Shown: positions 28,774 to 38,940, numbered from the stretch's first letter. The stretch: 64,000 bases of DNA from Candidatus Thorarchaeota archaeon (GCA_016933575.1 JAFGAR010000088.1:1-64000); one strand, 5' to 3'. Program-made: numbers and translations. Notes: generated from the sequence alone by a model not told the origin.

Positions 28774-29688
28774 TCAATCGCTTCTTTCATCAGCGGTAGA
28801 CTGTTCGGAGAGAATCTTTGCAATCACAGGTTTTTGAACAATATCCGCACCAAGAGTTCCTGCAAGTCGTTGGATTATACCTGCAGATTTCGTTTGAAAC
28901 CTTTCATTGAGGATAACAATTGGAACAATAAATGACATCACCAGCAATGGAATTCCAGCAGTCCATAAGAAACTGATAAACAGGGAGATGAAGTCGGGTT
29001 CTGCACCTCCTAAGATAAAGGGTTGTAAGAAATGCTGCGAGAACATAGCAATTGGAAAAGCAAGGATGGAATAGCCTCCAAGCATGCTACTATACCATCG
29101 TCCAACACCTTCTGTGTCAGGGCATTGTCGTACGTCTAACTGACTCTGTCTGAGATGAGTGACAATTCCAGCATCGTTCAAAATCCATGTGGGCATGAAA
29201 AGGGCTAGTGCAATAGGCATTATCACAAGGCTGGCCATCAAGGTTGCACTGATACCGAATAAGACTTCAATAATTGGAGGATCGAAGGGGCCAATCTCTG
29301 TAAAGAGAAAATCACGAAAGAAACCACGTACAATACCAGCTGTACTTACACTGAAAAGGGCTGGAGCTGCGGCTCTCCGAATCATTCGAATTCCACTGAA
29401 TTTGCTCCCTATCTGCATAATGTTAGTTTCATAGGCTGCAGCTTTTATGAATCTATTAGCTAGAAGAAAGATTGCAGCCAGTGGTATTGCAACTACAAAG
29501 TACTCAAGTAGAAGTACAGGAATAGCGATAACCAACACAACCACAATGTCTGTATACAAGGTACCTTCAATGAAAGAAAAGAAGCCTGTAGACGGTAAGT
29601 CCATTGTTACCTGATAAATTGATAGAATTGTAAGTGCAATTCCTACAATTGAAAAGATGACCGGGAGCGCGAAACGCGATCGACCCAA
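28774..29688 (-). CDS. Multi-pass membrane hypothetical protein
   Basis: About 6-7 TM helices; GGTGA SD before TTG. Confidence 0.7.
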   Translation of the reverse strand: MGRSRFALPVIFSIVGIALTILSIYQVTMDLPSTGFFSFIEGTLYTDIVVVLVIAIPVLLLEYFVVAIPLAAIFLLANRFIKAAAYETNIMQIGSKFSGIRMIRRAAAPALFSVSTAGIVRGFFRDFLFTEIGPFDPPIIEVLFGISATLMASLVIMPIALALFMPTWILNDAGIVTHLRQSQLDVRQCPDTEGVGRWYSSMLGGYSILAFPIAMFSQHFLQPFILGGAEPDFISLFISFLWTAGIPLLVMSFIVPIVILNERFQTKSAGIIQRLAGTLGADIVQKPVIAKILSEQSTADERSD

Positions 29689-29801
29689 TTCATTTCACCA
29701 ATCCATAATTTAACAGTGTCTGTAAAGAGCACTGTGATATTTAGAATCTCTGTCTATGAAAAGGCTGGTTTAAATCATGCTGGTTCATAGTTAATAAAGA
29801 A

Positions 29802-30524
29802 ATGGAAATATCCATCGATACAAAAAGTCAGTTTGTAGCATTCGTTGCTATATTCACAGCACTTGCTGTCGTTCTCGACTCCATTCCAATAGTTCCTGGA
29901 TTCTATAGTGGAGTATGGGACTCATGGCTCTTCTTGATTAGCCCACTTTTAGGAATCCTCCTAGGACCTGTAGTTGGTGCAGTTTCTACGTTACTCGGAA
30001 GTTTCATTGGTCACTTGATCTACTTCAGAGATCCATTTGAATTGATTTTCATGTTTGGTGCACAACTTGGTGCCTTCTCAGCAGGAATGGTATATCGATA
30101 TCAATGGAAACCTGTGCTTGTTATGTATTCAGGTCTACTACTCGGGTATTTTTTGACTCCAGTGTCTTGGCAATTATCATTATGGGGCATTTGGGATGTA
30201 GTAGTAGGTTTCATAGTGATTCTTGTCGGTTCCTTGTTTACTCGTTCAGGAAGATGGCCACTAAATGATACTCAGACTGTCGGACTTCGTTTGATTCTTG
30301 CTACAATAATTGGATTGGAAACCGACATCCTTCTTCGGATATTCATTCTAGTGCCTTGCCAAGCATATTGGATATTTTATGGATTCACTGTAGAACAACT
30401 TCAAATTCTATGGTTGGGAGCTGGTTTCATTACTCCGCTAAAGGTACTCATGGCTACTCTAGTTGGAACATCTATAGGACTTTACTTAAAGAAAGTATTT
30501 GGAAAAACGATTCAGCTTGATTAA
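29802..30524 (+). CDS. ECF transporter S-component-like membrane protein
   Basis: AFVAIFTALAVVL N-terminus, GILLGPVVGA motif. Confidence 0.65.
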   Translation: MEISIDTKSQFVAFVAIFTALAVVLDSIPIVPGFYSGVWDSWLFLISPLLGILLGPVVGAVSTLLGSFIGHLIYFRDPFELIFMFGAQLGAFSAGMVYRYQWKPVLVMYSGLLLGYFLTPVSWQLSLWGIWDVVVGFIVILVGSLFTRSGRWPLNDTQTVGLRLILATIIGLETDILLRIFILVPCQAYWIFYGFTVEQLQILWLGAGFITPLKVLMATLVGTSIGLYLKKVFGKTIQLD

Positions 30525-30549
30525 AATAGAAAGACCAATCTGAAAAGAC

Positions 30550-31014
30550 ATGAATCTTTCAAACGCTATCATCGAATATCTACTCTGGACACATAACATG
30601 ATTTGGAATATTGTGGAGAATCTGACTGATGATGAGTTTGAGCAATCGTTTGGCACTAATAGTGGAAGTATCAAAGTCAGGTACATTCACCTTGCAGAAG
30701 ACACTTGGGAATGGTTTCATGACTGGTGTTATAATGAACTTGAAATGCCAGCATTCTGTGATATGAGCAGGCATGAGCTATATCAATCAATTATAGGATA
30801 TATCGAAGAGTGGAAACAACTGGTTGACCATCCGACTATAGATACATACACAGAACAACGGAATGGAAAGACTGTAACCGTTAACTTTGATGAGATCATC
30901 TTTCACCTTGTTAATCATCATAGCTATCATAGAGGACAGATTGTATTGTGTCTTAGACTACTTGGAAAAGAAGTATGTATGACTGACTATGTGCCGTACA
31001 AATTTGCGTCCTAG
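30550..31014 (+). CDS. DinB family protein
   Basis: GSIK...IH and HLVNHHSYHRGQ. Confidence 0.9.
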   Translation: MNLSNAIIEYLLWTHNMIWNIVENLTDDEFEQSFGTNSGSIKVRYIHLAEDTWEWFHDWCYNELEMPAFCDMSRHELYQSIIGYIEEWKQLVDHPTIDTYTEQRNGKTVTVNFDEIIFHLVNHHSYHRGQIVLCLRLLGKEVCMTDYVPYKFAS

Positions 31015-31126
31015 AGATATCAAGTAGTCAGTAATCTTCCCAAAAATAGTGATTATCTGACAAAAGGCAGAGTTTCAGATTAAAATTAAAAAGAAATAAT
31101 GAGGGGGCAAATGCTCCCTCTAAGAC

Positions 31127-31696
31127 CTAGACACGTTCAGTTTCAATAGACATCGTTGCCCCACAATGTGGACAACGTACCTGATCGGGTCCAATCCATT
31201 CAACTTCCTTAGGATTAAGAGCTGCTCCACATCGAAGACATGCATCTGGAGCTTTTCGGGTAACCATCACTTCACGCTCAATGGTCACGGTTTCACCAGG
31301 TTTCGGTGTTTCTCTAAAGAAAGTATTCTCTCGGACAGTTCCGTGAATCTTTCCCTCAGAAATTGCTGCAAAAAGGATTGGACGAACCTTTGGTAATTTA
31401 ACACCTGACTGTCTACTGATATCATCAATTGTGATTTTTTCAAACGAACTGATAACACCGACCACTCGTTGCATCTCTGAAGCTCCACGAATGGTAGATA
31501 CTAGCATATAGAATCCAATTATGAACAGGAGACCTCCAACTGCAAGAGGAAACACTGGAGGAAGTCCAGAACCAGGAATAGACCCCATGATTCCTACACT
31601 AAGAGCTCCTAACGAACCATAGAGTAGTGCAAACGTCCCAACTAATGTGATGACTAACCACAGACAAATAGCGCAATATTTGTTCAATTGCAACAC
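31127..31696 (-). CDS. 2-TM protein with PCI-like winged helix and C-terminal zinc ribbon
   Basis: Two TM; FEKITIDDISRQSG...ILFAAISEGKIHGTV; CLRC...CPHC. Confidence 0.65.
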   Translation of the reverse strand: MLQLNKYCAICLWLVITLVGTFALLYGSLGALSVGIMGSIPGSGLPPVFPLAVGGLLFIIGFYMLVSTIRGASEMQRVVGVISSFEKITIDDISRQSGVKLPKVRPILFAAISEGKIHGTVRENTFFRETPKPGETVTIEREVMVTRKAPDACLRCGAALNPKEVEWIGPDQVRCPHCGATMSIETERV

Positions 31697-31789
31697 CTTC
31701 TCAATACTATTGACAATTCTGTATATATTGTTACGCTGTGTTTGATGGATTTATAACAAGAGTCTGTTTTATCTGTGCTATAAATTAGA

Positions 31790-31822
31790 AAAGAAAAGGA
31801 GAAGAGACCCTTCCGGGTCTCT
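31790..31822 (-). terminator. acs terminator hairpin
   Basis: 8-bp stem AGAGACCC/GGGTCTCT followed on the minus strand by pyrimidine/U tract. Confidence 0.6.
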
Positions 31823-31840
31823 CTTGAACTAGTTTATCTT

Positions 31841-33829
31841 CTAAAGACGTTCGTTAACCAAGGTTTCGACAACGGATGGATCTGCTAGTGTGGTAACATC
31901 ACCAAGGTCATCGATCTTTCCAGCTGCAATTCTCTTGAGAATCCTTCTCATGATCTTGCCTGAACGGGTCTTGGGTAGAGCGTCAGCCCATTGGATCTTA
32001 GCAGGAGTAGCGATTGGGCCCACGTCATTACGGACATGTGCACGGAGCTCCTCACGAAGAGCATCGGTCTTCTCTACACCCATCTTAAGAGTCACGAATA
32101 CATAGATATCCTCACCCTTAATCTCATGTGGAAATCCAACGACAGCACACTCTGCGACTGATGGATGCTTGACTAGTGATGACTCGATTTCAGCAGTACC
32201 AAGTCTGTGACCAGAAACCTTGAGAACATCATCAAGACGACCCATCACAAAGTAGTAGCCATCACTGTTGAAACGTGCACCATCACCTGTATAGTACATA
32301 GGCTTCTTATCTTCAGGATTCTTGAACTGGACCCAGTATGTATCCACGAACCGTTTGTGGTCACCATAGACTGTTCTCATAAGACCCGGCCAGGGTTTCT
32401 TGAAACAAAGATAACCACCTTCATTGGCGCTGACAGGTACACCATCTTCTGCGACAATGAGAGGATCAAGTCCAAAGTAGGGGAAGGTCGCAGAACCTGG
32501 AATTGTCGGGGTTGCACCAGGTAGTGGAGTGAGAATCACGCCACCAGTTTCAGTCTGCCAGTAGGTATCAACGATTGGACACTTCTCTTTGCCAATCAAT
32601 CTGTGATACCACATCCAAGCCTCTGGGTTGATTGGTTCACCAACAGTACCAAGTAGGTTTAGACTCGAGAGATCATGCTTGAGAACTGGTCCATCACCAA
32701 ATCTCATGAGAGCACGAATGGCTGTTGGTGCGGTATAGAACTGCGTGACCTTCCAGTGCTCGACTTCTAACCAGAAACGGTCATTATCTGGATAGGTTGG
32801 AACAGACTCGTACATCAGGGTCGTAGCCCCAGCGGAGAGAGGACCGTAAACGATGTATGAGTGACCAGTAATCCAACCAATGTCGGCAGTACACCAGTAG
32901 ATGTCACCAGGATGCCAGTCGAATATATTGAGGAAGGAGTGAGTTGTATAGACCATGTAACCTCCGGTAGTGTGGAGTACACCCTTTGGTTTTCCAGTGG
33001 AACCAGATGTGTAGAGGATGAATAATGGATCCTCAGCGTTCATCCACTCGGTTTCACACTTGTCGTCGACCTTTGCATATTCTTCATGATACCAGACATC
33101 ACGTCCTTCAGTCCATGGTAGATCAATTCCAACTCTCTTGACAACGAGAACTTTCTCAACCGTTGGAGTGGACTCGAGAGCTACATCTGCACCAGCCTTC
33201 TGTGGAATAGTCTTACCTGCACGATAGTAACCATCAGCTGTGACAAGGACTCTGCCTTCACAGTCAAGGATTCTATCCACTAGTGAGTCTGCACTGAATC
33301 CACCGAAGACTATGCTATGTACTGCGCCAATCTTCACGCAAGCAAGCATGATAATTGCTAGCTCTGGAATCATTGGAAGGTACATTGTAATCCTATCGCC
33401 CTTTTTGACTCCAAGATTCTTCAGGACATTGGCAGCCTTATTGACCTCACTTAGGAGTTCACTATAGGTGTAGGTCTTTGACTCATCAAGGGGTTCGCCT
33501 TGCCAGATTAATGCAATCTGGTCACCCTTCCCAGCCTTAACATGCTTGTCAAGACAGTTGTAAGCCATATTGGTTACACCATCTTCAAACCATGTGAATT
33601 CGGCATTGGTGGGATTCTTCCAATCGAAGCCTTTAGTTGGCTCCTTCTTCCAGTAACAAAGTTCCTTTGCTGCTTTTAACCAAAAGGCGCTAGGGTCTTC
33701 AACAGACTCCTTCCAGATCTTCATCCGTTCTTCGTGGCTCTTTATATAGGCCTTATCGATGAAGCTCTGAGGAGGTTTGAAACGCCTTTCCTCTTGGCTA
33801 TATACCTTAATCTTCTTATCTTCTGACAA
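31841..33829 (-). CDS. acs: AMP-forming acetyl-CoA synthetase
   Basis: YTSGSTGKPKG, WCTADIGWITGH, VGEPINPEAW, DTYWQTETGG, PKTRSGKIMRR. Confidence 0.97.
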   Translation of the reverse strand: MSEDKKIKVYSQEERRFKPPQSFIDKAYIKSHEERMKIWKESVEDPSAFWLKAAKELCYWKKEPTKGFDWKNPTNAEFTWFEDGVTNMAYNCLDKHVKAGKGDQIALIWQGEPLDESKTYTYSELLSEVNKAANVLKNLGVKKGDRITMYLPMIPELAIIMLACVKIGAVHSIVFGGFSADSLVDRILDCEGRVLVTADGYYRAGKTIPQKAGADVALESTPTVEKVLVVKRVGIDLPWTEGRDVWYHEEYAKVDDKCETEWMNAEDPLFILYTSGSTGKPKGVLHTTGGYMVYTTHSFLNIFDWHPGDIYWCTADIGWITGHSYIVYGPLSAGATTLMYESVPTYPDNDRFWLEVEHWKVTQFYTAPTAIRALMRFGDGPVLKHDLSSLNLLGTVGEPINPEAWMWYHRLIGKEKCPIVDTYWQTETGGVILTPLPGATPTIPGSATFPYFGLDPLIVAEDGVPVSANEGGYLCFKKPWPGLMRTVYGDHKRFVDTYWVQFKNPEDKKPMYYTGDGARFNSDGYYFVMGRLDDVLKVSGHRLGTAEIESSLVKHPSVAECAVVGFPHEIKGEDIYVFVTLKMGVEKTDALREELRAHVRNDVGPIATPAKIQWADALPKTRSGKIMRRILKRIAAGKIDDLGDVTTLADPSVVETLVNERL

Positions 33830-33833
33830 AATC

Positions 33834-33865
33834 GGTCACCAAATTTGGTCGATGATTTGGCGACC
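33834..33865 (-). promoter_or_regulatory. acs 5' leader hairpin occluding the GGTGA ribosome-binding site
   Basis: GGUCGCCAAAU/AUUUGGUGACC 11-bp stem (G-U wobble only on the minus strand) ending 4 nt before the TTG start. Confidence 0.45.
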
Positions 33866-33985
33866 CTGAAAAAACGCCCTATATGAAGATTGTCCAATCG
33901 ATATAAAATTCGTGCGAAACAGAAAATTAAAAAAATAATGAGAAGAGGTCTGAGGAAACTGGTCCTCGACCTCAGATTATACTAC

Positions 33986-35305
33986 TTATTGACCCTTACG
34001 TCTGGAACGTAGAACAAGAGTGAAAAGAACCGCGATGATTGCCAACACGCCAGTGATAATAAATGCCATGAAGTAAGAACCAGTGGTGTCCACAATGGGG
34101 CCTGCAACTAATGCACCGGTGATTCCCGCGATTCCGTATGCAGTGAACATCACACCATAGTTTTTACCTACATTTTTGCTACCGAAGAAATCTGCTGTGG
34201 CTGAGGGGAATAATGCGAAGTTGCCGCCGAAACAGAAACCAATCAATGATGCTATTCCCATAACAGCATACCAGCTGATACTGATAGTTGACATGTACGC
34301 AAAGGTGAACATCCCTATTGCAAGTATAAGGAACATGAGAACCATTGTTTTTTCACGACCAAGCTTGTCAGAAACAGCACCCCAGACAATTCTTCCTGCT
34401 GCATTGAGTAGACTCATGACACCTACAACAATGACTGCGTCAGCTGTAGCATCAATCGCTGAGGCTGCTGTCTTCACATTACCAAGAGTCATTAAACCTG
34501 CGGTGGCAGCAAAGACAAACATGAGCCAGAGAAGCCAGAATGTAGAAGTTCTGATCATCTCACCGGGTAAGATGTCTTGACCTTTCCCATCAGCAGTTGA
34601 AGGAGCTGGGGTGAAGCCATCGGGCAACCAACCTTGTGGAGGATTGGTCAATACTTGGGCACCTAAGACTACAAATACTAGATATACTATTCCAAGAATC
34701 AACATTGGCATTCCAATATTTGCAACTGTTGGGACGTTATACAGTTCTAGGAGATACTGCTCAACGTATCCAAAGACGAGGGCACCTGCGCCAAATCCAG
34801 CTACTGCAATGCCAGTGATTGTTCCTTTCTTGTCGGGGAACCACTTAACAAGTGCGGCAATCGGGCATACGTACGCAAAACCAATACCAGCACCGGCGAT
34901 TATACCATAGGTGAGAATCAGAAATAACATACCAATAAACGCATCATCAGTAGTAGATACTAATCCATCAGTTACTACAATGATATCAATCAAATATGCG
35001 AGAATATAACCCAATCCAAGGAGGATACCTCCTACAGTAGCTACCTTGCGAGGCCCAACACGATCTTGCCATCTTCCGGCAATAATCATAAAGAGAGCAA
35101 AGGAAGCCAGACCAGCTGCAAAAGGAAGCTGAGAGTATAACGAAGGCCAGAGATAGAGACCTACATCTTGCACCTTTGTAATTGGATTGATACCATTTAG
35201 AGCTGATTGAAAGAACGACCATGCGTAAATGGAACCAAGACATAGTTGGACTATGATTGCACCAAGTACAACCAAGTACCGATTTCCAATTTTTTCTTCA
35301 GACAT
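33986..35305 (-). CDS. OFA-family MFS transporter (oxalate/formate/monocarboxylate)
   Basis: CLGSIYAWS, GRWQDRVGPR, KWFPDKKG, GGNFALFP, NYG. Confidence 0.9.
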   Translation of the reverse strand: MSEEKIGNRYLVVLGAIIVQLCLGSIYAWSFFQSALNGINPITKVQDVGLYLWPSLYSQLPFAAGLASFALFMIIAGRWQDRVGPRKVATVGGILLGLGYILAYLIDIIVVTDGLVSTTDDAFIGMLFLILTYGIIAGAGIGFAYVCPIAALVKWFPDKKGTITGIAVAGFGAGALVFGYVEQYLLELYNVPTVANIGMPMLILGIVYLVFVVLGAQVLTNPPQGWLPDGFTPAPSTADGKGQDILPGEMIRTSTFWLLWLMFVFAATAGLMTLGNVKTAASAIDATADAVIVVGVMSLLNAAGRIVWGAVSDKLGREKTMVLMFLILAIGMFTFAYMSTISISWYAVMGIASLIGFCFGGNFALFPSATADFFGSKNVGKNYGVMFTAYGIAGITGALVAGPIVDTTGSYFMAFIITGVLAIIAVLFTLVLRSRRKGQ

Positions 35306-35442
35306 GATAGAAAACTCCTATCAAATTGTTAGATGTTATTCTGCTGGCGAAATTACTGTACTAAAAGCCTTCCTACTTCGAAGAATGTCATACTCCAGCC
35401 ATAGCGACACTGTCGCTTGGAAACGCCTAAATACTCAGCCTA

Positions 35443-37362
35443 GTGAGTGTGTTCCATCCACCAGAGGTGACGACAGTGGTCGCGGCAGATTGGACTGATA
35501 AGTACAAGAACAAAATCCTGAGTGCTTCCAAAGCGATAACAAAGATTAGACGAGGTTCTAGGATTTTTCTAGGCACAGGTTGCGGTGTACCGTACCATCT
35601 TGTGCAAGAACTGGCGAGTCATGCAGATAAGATGGCAGACAACGAAATTGTTCATCTGCTGACTCTTGGTGATACGCCATCAGCTGATAAGAAATTTCAG
35701 AATCAATTCAGGCATAACACATTCTTCGTCAGTGCGAACATACGAGATGCTGTATCTGCAGGACGTGCAGATTATACTCCAATGATGTTATCGGAGATTC
35801 CAGATCTCTTCAGACAGAAACGAATGCCTCTGGATGTTGCTATGATACAGGTCAGTCCTCCCGACCGATACGGATACTGCTCTCTTGGCATATCTGTGGA
35901 CATAACAAAAGGAGCAGCAGAGAGTGCAGATATGGTCATTGCTCAAATCAATGATAGAATGCCAGTAACCCATGGAGATTCCTTTATTGACATAAGAGAT
36001 CTTGATTATCTTGTTCCATTCAATGAACCTCTGAGAGAGTTTCAGGGAGATGAGATCACAGAAACCATTGACCTCATAGGAAGCTATGTTGCAAGGCTTG
36101 TGGAAAATGAGTCAACTCTAGAACTTGGAATCGGAGCTCTTCCACAGTCAGTGTGCAATAATCTACTAGAAACTGGGGTGAAAGACGTTGGGATTCATAC
36201 AGAGATGTTCAGCGATAGTCTAGTGCCCCTGATTGACCAAGGAGTTGTAACGAACAAGAAGAAGTCAATCCATAGAGATAAAGTTGTAGCAAGCTTTGCC
36301 ATGGGATCAAACAAGCTTTATGACTATATAAATGACAATCCCATGTTCCAGTTTCACGATACTGCGTATGTCAATGATCCTTATGTCATTGGGCAGAACA
36401 GAAAGATGATAGCTATCAACTCAGCATTGGAAGTTGATCTAACTGGACAAGTATGTGCAGATTCTCTCGGTCACAGATTTTATAGTGGGATTGGCGGGCA
36501 GGTTGATTTCATTCGTGGAGCGAAGAGATCGATTGGAGGGAAAGCAATCATCTGCTTACTCTCAACAGCAATGGACGGTCAGGTTTCCAGGATTGTTCCA
36601 CAGTTAAGTGAAGGAGCAGGGGTTGTCACCACACGTGGAGATGTAGATGTAATCATCACTGAATACGGATTAGCGAATCTCCATGGCAAGACGATTCGAG
36701 AACGTGTGCTGTCACTGATTGCTATTGCAAATCCAAAATTCAGGAATGAATTGCTTGAAGCAGCAAAAGATATGCATTACGTCTTTGAAGATCAAGTCCC
36801 GTTCCTAGTTCAGGGTACATACTTTGCATCAGAATACGAAGTATCTGAAAGGTTCAAGGGACCTGATGGCCCTGTGGATGTTCATTTCAGATTAATTCGA
36901 CCTGATGATAGTGATAGAATCAAAGAACTATTTTATGGTCTTAGTGAAGAGAGCATTTACTTCAGATTCCTGACTCCACTCAAGACTCTTAGGAGACAGA
37001 CCCTTCAAGATTTCTACAATGTCGACCAATCAAGAGATATCAGCGTAGTAGCGGTTATAAAGTCGGACGAAGAGGGAGAGAGTGAGAAAATAATCGGTGC
37101 TGGTAGATACTTGCTTAATAGAAGCACAAATGAAGCTGAGTTTGCTCTACTCATAAATGATGATTTTCAGAATAAGGGGATTGGAACATTCTTACTCAAT
37201 CATCTCATGCGAATTGCAAAGAGTAAAGGTGTTGATGCGTTCATCGCGTATGTTCATCCGCAGAACCAACCAATGATTAGATTCATTCACAAGACAGGGA
37301 AGGTCGTAGAGAGTAAGATATCTATACAGGACGAGGAGTACGTATTTCGCCTCAAACTATAG
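35443..37362 (+). CDS. Acetyl-CoA hydrolase/CoA-transferase fused to C-terminal GNAT acetyltransferase
   Basis: LGIG, GIHTEMFSD (catalytic Glu), GIGGQVDF, TEYG; GNAT motifs YFRF, EAEFALL, FQNKGIG. Confidence 0.9.
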   Translation: MSVFHPPEVTTVVAADWTDKYKNKILSASKAITKIRRGSRIFLGTGCGVPYHLVQELASHADKMADNEIVHLLTLGDTPSADKKFQNQFRHNTFFVSANIRDAVSAGRADYTPMMLSEIPDLFRQKRMPLDVAMIQVSPPDRYGYCSLGISVDITKGAAESADMVIAQINDRMPVTHGDSFIDIRDLDYLVPFNEPLREFQGDEITETIDLIGSYVARLVENESTLELGIGALPQSVCNNLLETGVKDVGIHTEMFSDSLVPLIDQGVVTNKKKSIHRDKVVASFAMGSNKLYDYINDNPMFQFHDTAYVNDPYVIGQNRKMIAINSALEVDLTGQVCADSLGHRFYSGIGGQVDFIRGAKRSIGGKAIICLLSTAMDGQVSRIVPQLSEGAGVVTTRGDVDVIITEYGLANLHGKTIRERVLSLIAIANPKFRNELLEAAKDMHYVFEDQVPFLVQGTYFASEYEVSERFKGPDGPVDVHFRLIRPDDSDRIKELFYGLSEESIYFRFLTPLKTLRRQTLQDFYNVDQSRDISVVAVIKSDEEGESEKIIGAGRYLLNRSTNEAEFALLINDDFQNKGIGTFLLNHLMRIAKSKGVDAFIAYVHPQNQPMIRFIHKTGKVVESKISIQDEEYVFRLKL

Positions 37363-37437
37363 ACTGTTGTATTGAATCCTTATTCACGGTGTAAATCATT
37401 CGAAGAGTCTTACAGACAGTAATCTGGGTGATTATAA

Positions 37438-38643
37438 ATGAAGGAAACGCTTCTAAAAGCAGGAACTGTAATTATAGGTGATGGTAATCTTATCGAGAAT
37501 GCATCAATATTGATACAAAACGGAATCATCTCTAGAATCGAAGAGAAAATTCCTACTGGTCTAGAAACCGAGGTTCTTGATTTTTCTGATTGTGTGGTCA
37601 TGCCAGGAATGATTGATCCACATGTTCATGTCTGCTTTGACGGTTCCCCAAACATGGCTGAAACACGGTTGTTCTCTGATGAACTGTTAGCAATAAGAGG
37701 TGGCAAATTACTGGAAATCCTCCTCCAACAGGGGGTAACAACTGTTGGCGATGCAGCGGGAAGAGGAAATGTTCCCTTTGCCGTGAAAGAGGCAATTGAT
37801 CGAGGTTTTGTCAATGGACCTCGTTTTCTTCCCTGCGGAAGAATGATTACGATATCAGGTGGGAGAGATCCTCTTGCAGGAGCAAATGAAGCAGATGGTG
37901 TAGATGGTATACGTAGAGCTGTCCGAGAAGAGATTGCAAGAGGCGCATACTATATCAAACTCGCAACTACTGGAGCCATGACATCTGAACATACAGAGAG
38001 TATGAGTGTACAGTTCAATCAAGATGAACTACAAACAGCTGCTGATGAAACAAGGAAGGTTGGTAAAATGTCTCACGCTCATGCGTACGGGGACGAAGGA
38101 ATCAAAAACACAATACTTGCAGGAGTAGATGTACTAGTTCACGGTCATCCACTCAGTAAAGAGAATATCGAACTGATGAAGAAACACAAGACAATGTACA
38201 TGCCCACGATTGTGACCTATTATGAGTCACAGCTGCACCATGATGATGGCGAACTTCCAGAGTATATGATTCGCAAAGAGAAGGAGATATTCCCACTCAT
38301 CGAAGAGGGTGTACGGAATGCTGTCAAGGCAGGAATAGAAATGGTTGTCGGAACTGATTCAGGAATGCCATACACATTCTTTGGAAAATCCACACCAGAA
38401 GAGATGGAGTTGCTTGTGAGACTAGGTGGTACCTCAGAGATGCAGGCAATTGTTGCAGGCACAAGAAATGCTGCAAAGTCAATGAGCATCGAGTCAAAGG
38501 TTGGGACTATTAAACTGGGAAAGTCAGCGGATATGTTGATTCTTGCTCAAGGAAAGAACCCTCTAGATAACATATCTATCCTGCAAGACAAGGAATCTAT
38601 CAAGAGAGTCATTCTCAATGGAAGGACTGTCGTTGAAAGATAA
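37438..38643 (+). CDS. Metal-dependent amidohydrolase
   Basis: PGMIDPHVH, IKL, HAHA, HG, GTDSG. Confidence 0.9.
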   Translation: MKETLLKAGTVIIGDGNLIENASILIQNGIISRIEEKIPTGLETEVLDFSDCVVMPGMIDPHVHVCFDGSPNMAETRLFSDELLAIRGGKLLEILLQQGVTTVGDAAGRGNVPFAVKEAIDRGFVNGPRFLPCGRMITISGGRDPLAGANEADGVDGIRRAVREEIARGAYYIKLATTGAMTSEHTESMSVQFNQDELQTAADETRKVGKMSHAHAYGDEGIKNTILAGVDVLVHGHPLSKENIELMKKHKTMYMPTIVTYYESQLHHDDGELPEYMIRKEKEIFPLIEEGVRNAVKAGIEMVVGTDSGMPYTFFGKSTPEEMELLVRLGGTSEMQAIVAGTRNAAKSMSIESKVGTIKLGKSADMLILAQGKNPLDNISILQDKESIKRVILNGRTVVER

Positions 38644-38686
38644 GATGTTAGTATGTAATGTGACAGTGAGATTGATTGTTTAATCT

Positions 38687-38724
38687 TGAAAAGAAATTGA
38701 GCGGGTTGAGTGATATACCCGCCC
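38687..38724 (-). terminator. Hairpin plus U-rich tract on the minus strand
   Basis: GGGCGGGU/ACCCGCUC stem (G-U on minus) followed by AAUUUCUUUUC. Confidence 0.5.
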
Positions 38725-38780
38725 TTTGAGTGGTATACTATGGGTTGCACTAGATGCAATGGTGTGGTTATGGTTCTCGT

Positions 38781-38816
38781 TTAGAATGGTTCATCTGGCG
38801 AATTGCTTGGTGGCAT
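38781..38816 (-). CDS. Candidate 11-aa micro-ORF MPPSNSPDEPF
   Basis: GGGGGTGA SD 9 nt upstream, TATA-like TTAAATTATTATAA further upstream, terminator downstream. Confidence 0.35.
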   Translation of the reverse strand: MPPSNSPDEPF

Positions 38817-38878
38817 ATCCGTTACTCACCCCCGACAAATAGTAGTCTTATAATAATTTAAGCCCAGAAGAAAGTGAG

Positions 38879-38940
38879 GGCGCCACCCGCCGGGAAGCGG
38901 ACACGACAGACATTAAAAGTTAGATAGGGACCGTGGCGCC
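38879..38940 (-). ncRNA. Candidate structured small RNA element
   Basis: 8-bp GGCGCCAC/GTGGCGCC closing stem plus adjacent CCGC/GCGG hairpin, GC-rich within an AT-rich intergenic region; strand inferred from upstream TTATTA and downstream U tract. Confidence 0.35.

Noticed and set aside
38879-38940. tRNA-Sec or split tRNA half
   Set aside because: No anticodon or D arm, no UCA anticodon, no canonical T loop or CCA
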